DNA from: an uncultured delta proteobacterium
GTDB taxonomy: Bacteria; Myxococcota_A; Polyangia; Polyangiales; JAFGIB01
Direction of reading: 5' to 3'
NCBI GenBank assembly: GCA_963778655.1
Contig: CAVZVA010000003.1
Location: forward strand, 128,001 to 192,000
DNA: 64,000 nucleotides
Both the position numbers and the translations under genes were made by a program. The notes beneath the pieces are model-generated. The model saw only the letters and a list, made by a program, of their open reading frames with translations. It searched no databases and was not told the DNA's origin. Below, piece by piece: positions 59,526 through 64,000 of this stretch; within the stretch, counting starts at the first letter, position 1; each line of letters begins with the position of its first letter.

Positions 59526-60986
59526 ATGACCCACCCGCCCATGCCCGAGCTGGTCGATGGGCTGCCGAATCTGTGCGGCTCGGAGGATTTGATCGCCGAG
59601 ACCATGGCGGCGTCCGGTCCGGGCTACTTGCGCGACAGCCGGGTTGCGTTCGATCGCATCGCCGCGGGTTTCGCCTGCGCGCTGCACATGCACCAGCCCT
59701 TGATTCCGGCGGGCGGCGATGAGCTGCACAGCGCGCGGATCATCAGCAATCTGCAGCACATGCAAGAGCACCCCAACGTCGGAGACAACCACAACGCGCC
59801 GGTCTTTCGCTGGTGCTACCGGCGCATGGGCGAGCTCATCCCCCAGCTGCGGGGTGCAGGACACGATCCCCGCATGATGCTCGATTACTCGGGCTGCCTG
59901 CTGTACGGGCTGCGCGCGATGGGCGCGGACGACGTGCTCGACGCGTTGCAGCTACTCACCTCTGATCCGGCCAACCGCCACTGCGTCGAATGGCTGGGCA
60001 CGGCCTGGGGCCACGCGGTCGCGCCGTCGACGCCCGTGCAGGACTTCCGGCTGCACGTGCGCGCGTGGCAGCACCACTTCGCGGCCATCTTCGGCCTGGA
60101 AGCATTGAGCCGGGTGCGCGGCTTCTCGCCGCCGGAGATGGCGCTGCCCAATCACCCGGACGTTTGCTACGAATTCGTCAAGACCCTGGTGGACTGCGGC
60201 TACCGCTGGGTATTGGTACAGGAGCACACAGTGGAGCGCGAGGACGGCAGCCCGCTGCAGCAGCCGCACCTGCCGCACCGGCTGGTGGCGCGAAGCTCGC
60301 GTGGACTGAGCGCCAGCATCGTCGCGCTGGTCAAGACCCAGGGCAGCGATACCAAGCTGGTCGGGCAGATGCAGCCCTACTACGAGGCCAAGGGCCTCGG
60401 GCGGGTGGGGCTAGGCGGCCGGTCCGTGCCCCAGCTGGTCACGCAGATCGCGGACGGCGAGAACGGCGGCGTGATGATGAACGAGTTTCCGCCGAAATAT
60501 CTGGACGTGATGGCGGAGGCCTCGGGCAGCCACGTGCCTCCGCTCAACGCCGGCGAGTACCTGGACTACCTCGAGAGCACGGGCATCCGCCCGGGCGATC
60601 TTCCGGCCATTCAGCCGGTGATGCAGCACCGCGTGTGGGAGCGCTTTGCCGCGGGCGCGGGTCCACAGGCGCTGGCCAAGGTGATCGCGGAGCTGCGGGA
60701 AGCCGACCACCGGGTGCACATGGAAGGCGGCAGCTGGACCAACGACATCTCCTGGGTGCGCGGCTACGAGCAGCTGCTCGGCCCGATGGAGCAGTCGAGC
60801 GCGCTGTTCGCGCGCAAGGTGCTGCAGGCCGGCGTGCCGAGCTCGGAAGCCCGCTACCGCAACGCGCTGTTCCACCTGCTGACCAGCCAGACCAGCTGCT
60901 ACCGCTACTGGGGCCAGGGCATCTGGACCGACTACGGCCGCGAGATCATCCGCCGCACCACGGCCATCCTGGAGCACGACTTTTGA
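59526..60986 (+). CDS. Glycoside hydrolase family 57-like protein
   Basis: LHMHQP, LDYSG, GFSPPEM, IADGENGG, SQTSCYRYWG. Confidence 0.8.
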   Translation: MTHPPMPELVDGLPNLCGSEDLIAETMAASGPGYLRDSRVAFDRIAAGFACALHMHQPLIPAGGDELHSARIISNLQHMQEHPNVGDNHNAPVFRWCYRRMGELIPQLRGAGHDPRMMLDYSGCLLYGLRAMGADDVLDALQLLTSDPANRHCVEWLGTAWGHAVAPSTPVQDFRLHVRAWQHHFAAIFGLEALSRVRGFSPPEMALPNHPDVCYEFVKTLVDCGYRWVLVQEHTVEREDGSPLQQPHLPHRLVARSSRGLSASIVALVKTQGSDTKLVGQMQPYYEAKGLGRVGLGGRSVPQLVTQIADGENGGVMMNEFPPKYLDVMAEASGSHVPPLNAGEYLDYLESTGIRPGDLPAIQPVMQHRVWERFAAGAGPQALAKVIAELREADHRVHMEGGSWTNDISWVRGYEQLLGPMEQSSALFARKVLQAGVPSSEARYRNALFHLLTSQTSCYRYWGQGIWTDYGREIIRRTTAILEHDF

Positions 60987-61046
60987 GGCCAACCTGGAGT
61001 CGTACGCCGCGGTCGCGGCGGGCCCGCAACCAGCGCCCGCCGCGGG

Positions 61047-63566
61047 TCAGCCCGGCGACAGCTCCCGCTCGAGCAGGGCGAATAGAGCCTCTAGGTCGAT
61101 CGGCTTGCGAACGAAAGCGAAGCCCCCGTCCAGGGGCGCGTCCAATCCCGACATGAAGACGACTCGCAGCTGTGGAAGGATTGCACGGGCCCGCCTGGCC
61201 AGCTCTACGCCCGCCATTTCGGGCAGGCGGAGGTCGGTCAGCAAGAGATCGAGGGAGCCCTTGTGCCGGTTGACCGCTGCGAGGGCTTGGGCGGGCGTCG
61301 CGGCTGCGAGCACGCGGTAGCCACGACCGCGCAACAACTCCTGGGCAGCGAGGCGCGCCGCCCGGTCGTCCTCGACCAGCAGGATGGTCTTGCGAGCGCG
61401 TCGCGGGCGCGGCTTCGATCGGGCGCCACGCGCCCGCGCCTGTCGGGCGCGCGGCTCCGGCGCCGCCACGGTTTCCGGTGCCGCCACGGTTTGCAGCAAG
61501 CCTTCCAGCGCAGCGAACAGCTCCATCTTGCCGAAGGGCTTGCGCAGCACCGGCGCGGCCGCGAGCGCGTCGCTGCGCTCGATCAGCTCGGGGCTCGCCG
61601 ACACGAACAGCACGGCCAGCCCGGGATGGCGCCGCAGCAGCTGCGCCGCGAGCTTCGGCCCCGCCATCAGCGGCAGCACGGTGTCCGACACCAGCAGGTC
61701 GAGCGGCTCGCGCAGCGCCTCACTCAGGCGCCGCGCCTCCTCAGCGCTGCCCGCCTCGAGCACCTCCAGACCCGCCTCCTCCAGATAGTGGCGGACCGTG
61801 ATGCGCACCAGCGGCTCGTCCTCCACCACCAGCGCCGTGCCCCCGAAGCGAGGGGCCCCACGTGTGGTGGCGCGCCCCGACTGCGGAAGCGCCTCGCTGC
61901 AGGGGAAACACAGCGTGAAGGTGGCGCCTTCCCCCGGCTCGCTCTTCACCGCGATGTGGCCGCCGAGCTGCTTGACCACGGCAAAAACCGTGGACAGGCC
62001 CAGTCCGGTGCCCTTGCCGACCTCCTTGGTGGTGAAGAACGGCTCGAAGATCCGCGTTCGAGTCTGTCCATCCATGCCGTGTCCGGAGTCCTGCACCACG
62101 AGCCGAACGTGCTCCGGCGCTCCGGCAGCGGCAGCCACGCCCGCACCAAGCGCTTCGGGCCCCACGATGTCGCTGCGGATCGACAGCGATCCGCCCTCCG
62201 GCATGGCGTCGCGAGCGTTGGCCGCCAGGTTCATCAAGATGTGCTCGATCTCCGCGGGGTCCGCCATGATCGCCCTACCCCGCGCATGCAGCTCGACGTC
62301 GAGCGAAACCTGCTTGGTGAGCAGACGCTCGACCAGCGGTGCGGCCGCTTCGATCACCGCGTCGAGCTCGATCGGGCGCGCGTGCGGAGACTGCTTGCGA
62401 GCGAAGCCCATCAGGCGGCGCGCCAGAGCGCCCCCGCGCATGGCGGCGTTCGCAGCTCTGTTCAGGTACTCCCTCGCGCGTTTGGGCGAGACGTTCTCGT
62501 CGAGCGCGACGTTGATGCAACCGAGCATCGCCTGCAGCACGTTGCCGAAGTCGTGAGCGACCCCGGTCGCCAGCGCGGCGACCGCTTCCATCTTCTGCCC
62601 CTGACGCAGCTCCTGCTCCAGCGCGCGCTCGCTGGTGACGTCCTGGATCACCACCACGTCCCGGTGCACGCCACCGTCTTGCTCCTCGATGGGAAAGGCT
62701 CGGGAGCGCACCCAGCGGATCTCGCCGTCCGCCCGGCGTATCCGGTACTCCTGATCGAACGGGACGCCCTGGAGCGTACGCCGGTACGCTTCGGTGACAC
62801 GTTCGCGGTCTTCGGGGTGGACCCATTGCAGCCAGGCACCCGCGCTGCCGTAGGGCTCTACGGCCGGGCGGCCCCACACCCGCTCGAACGCCGGGCTCAC
62901 GTACAGCACCTGTTGACTCTCTCGTTCACGGATCACGAACACGTCGTGGATGTGCTCGGCGATCTGCCGAAAGCGGGCCTCGCTCTCACCCAGCTCCGCC
63001 TCCGCGCGCCGGAGCTCAGTGAGGTCGATCAGCACGGACCTGCACTGCGTGCAGTTACGCTCGCGATCGGCGACCGAGATCGAGTCGAGGTGCACCCGCA
63101 CTAGCGGCCCCGAGCGCACGGCCGATGGCTGCAGGGTGAGGTCGCACCCTCGCTTGGTGGAGCCTGCGAAGACCTCGTGCAGGTGCAGGTGCAGGCAATT
63201 GGCGTCCTGCTCCTGCATGAACGACGACAGGAACCGTCCGATCAGACGCGCTCGCGGCAGCTCGAGCAGCTCGCTCGCGGCCAGATTGGCCTCGAGCACC
63301 TTGCCGGCGCGATCGAGCGTCAAATAGCCGACCGGTGCCAGGTCGTAGAGCGCGTAGTAGCGATCGTGACTCTCGAGCAGGGCCTGCTGCGCAGCGCGGA
63401 GCTCTTCGTTCTGCATCTCGAGCTCGATCTCGTGCACCTCGAGCTCGTGCAGGAGCCGCTTGCGTTCCTGCGGCCGTCCGCGCTCGCCCGGCCTCGCCGC
63501 AAGCGCGAGCTCGGCCCGTCGTCTCAGCGCCCCTTCAGATGATGGTGTGGTGGCGTCCTTTCCCAT
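61047..63566 (-). CDS. PAS hybrid histidine kinase with two receiver domains
   Basis: LHELEVHEIELEMQNEEL, 2 PAS, GVAHDFGN, GTGLGL, LVVEDE and LLVEDD receivers. Confidence 0.92.
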   Translation of the reverse strand: MGKDATTPSSEGALRRRAELALAARPGERGRPQERKRLLHELEVHEIELEMQNEELRAAQQALLESHDRYYALYDLAPVGYLTLDRAGKVLEANLAASELLELPRARLIGRFLSSFMQEQDANCLHLHLHEVFAGSTKRGCDLTLQPSAVRSGPLVRVHLDSISVADRERNCTQCRSVLIDLTELRRAEAELGESEARFRQIAEHIHDVFVIRERESQQVLYVSPAFERVWGRPAVEPYGSAGAWLQWVHPEDRERVTEAYRRTLQGVPFDQEYRIRRADGEIRWVRSRAFPIEEQDGGVHRDVVVIQDVTSERALEQELRQGQKMEAVAALATGVAHDFGNVLQAMLGCINVALDENVSPKRAREYLNRAANAAMRGGALARRLMGFARKQSPHARPIELDAVIEAAAPLVERLLTKQVSLDVELHARGRAIMADPAEIEHILMNLAANARDAMPEGGSLSIRSDIVGPEALGAGVAAAAGAPEHVRLVVQDSGHGMDGQTRTRIFEPFFTTKEVGKGTGLGLSTVFAVVKQLGGHIAVKSEPGEGATFTLCFPCSEALPQSGRATTRGAPRFGGTALVVEDEPLVRITVRHYLEEAGLEVLEAGSAEEARRLSEALREPLDLLVSDTVLPLMAGPKLAAQLLRRHPGLAVLFVSASPELIERSDALAAAPVLRKPFGKMELFAALEGLLQTVAAPETVAAPEPRARQARARGARSKPRPRRARKTILLVEDDRAARLAAQELLRGRGYRVLAAATPAQALAAVNRHKGSLDLLLTDLRLPEMAGVELARRARAILPQLRVVFMSGLDAPLDGGFAFVRKPIDLEALFALLERELSPG

Positions 63567-63584
63567 GCTTTACCCTCCGGCGCC

Positions 63585-64000
63585 TCACGCCGGCCGCGTG
63601 ACATCGATGACCAGGCAGGCGAGACCGTTGATCTCGCCAGCTGAGCTTCGCTTCGGCTCCATGTAGAGATCGTAGACCTTTTTCTCGCCGTCGAGCGTGA
63701 GGCCGATACGGCCTTTCTCCGCCGTGCCGTGCTCGAGCACGCGCCGCTTCAGCTCGCGCAGCCGGCCGGCATCGGGCTCGGCGAATAGCTCGGCGTCCGC
63801 CTTGCCAATCAGCTCCGCGGGCGATTTGCCGAACACGGCGCTGCTCGCCCAGGTCACCCGCAGCTGGCGGTCCTGCCCGATCAGGCTCGCGAGCGAGCCG
63901 CGCAACGCGCCGAGCAGCCGGTCCTGTTCCTCCTGCAACCCCTTCAGCGTGGTCACATCCACGAAGGTCAGCACCAGCCCGTCGATCACGTTGTCGGTCG
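63585..64000 (-). CDS. C-terminal PAS region of a probable CheB/CheR-type fusion protein (5'-partial)
   Basis: TDNVIDGLVLTFVDVT followed by a PAS domain; sits directly upstream of the ELEMQNEEL-type kinase, the usual partner. Confidence 0.65.
   Translation of the reverse strand, partial: TDNVIDGLVLTFVDVTTLKGLQEEQDRLLGALRGSLASLIGQDRQLRVTWASSAVFGKSPAELIGKADAELFAEPDAGRLRELKRRVLEHGTAEKGRIGLTLDGEKKVYDLYMEPKRSSAGEINGLACLVIDVTRPA

Overview
GC-rich bacterial DNA with myxobacterial hallmarks (Ser/Thr kinases, MYXO-CTERM-like tails, Gly/'DAG'-linker lipoproteins); the Myxococcota/Polyangia assignment is inferred from gene content. About 46 real genes were separated from many shadow ORFs. No rRNA, tRNA, CRISPR array or transposase was recognised. 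The two strongest candidates for undescribed systems are: (1) at the left edge, a tandem pair of radical-SAM/SPASM-like proteins, each fused to an uncharacterised HxD...H (oxygenase-like) domain, where the second copy lacks the CxxxCxxC motif, suggesting a possible RiPP maturase plus pseudo-enzyme partner; (2) a nine-gene minus-strand operon (PstS-like binding protein, OprO/P-like porin, lipoproteins, ExbB-ExbD-TonB, TonB-dependent receptor) with Pho-box-like repeats and no ABC permease, next to a divergent OmpR/PhoB-type regulator and with a PhoR-like kinase nearby. Other items: a cytochrome c/copper monooxygenase fusion, a triheme cytochrome plus YeeE/YedE pair in an nrdJ/hemG/glgP cluster, an ECF41-CMD module, several gene remnants, and three apparent single-base frameshifts that may be sequencing errors.
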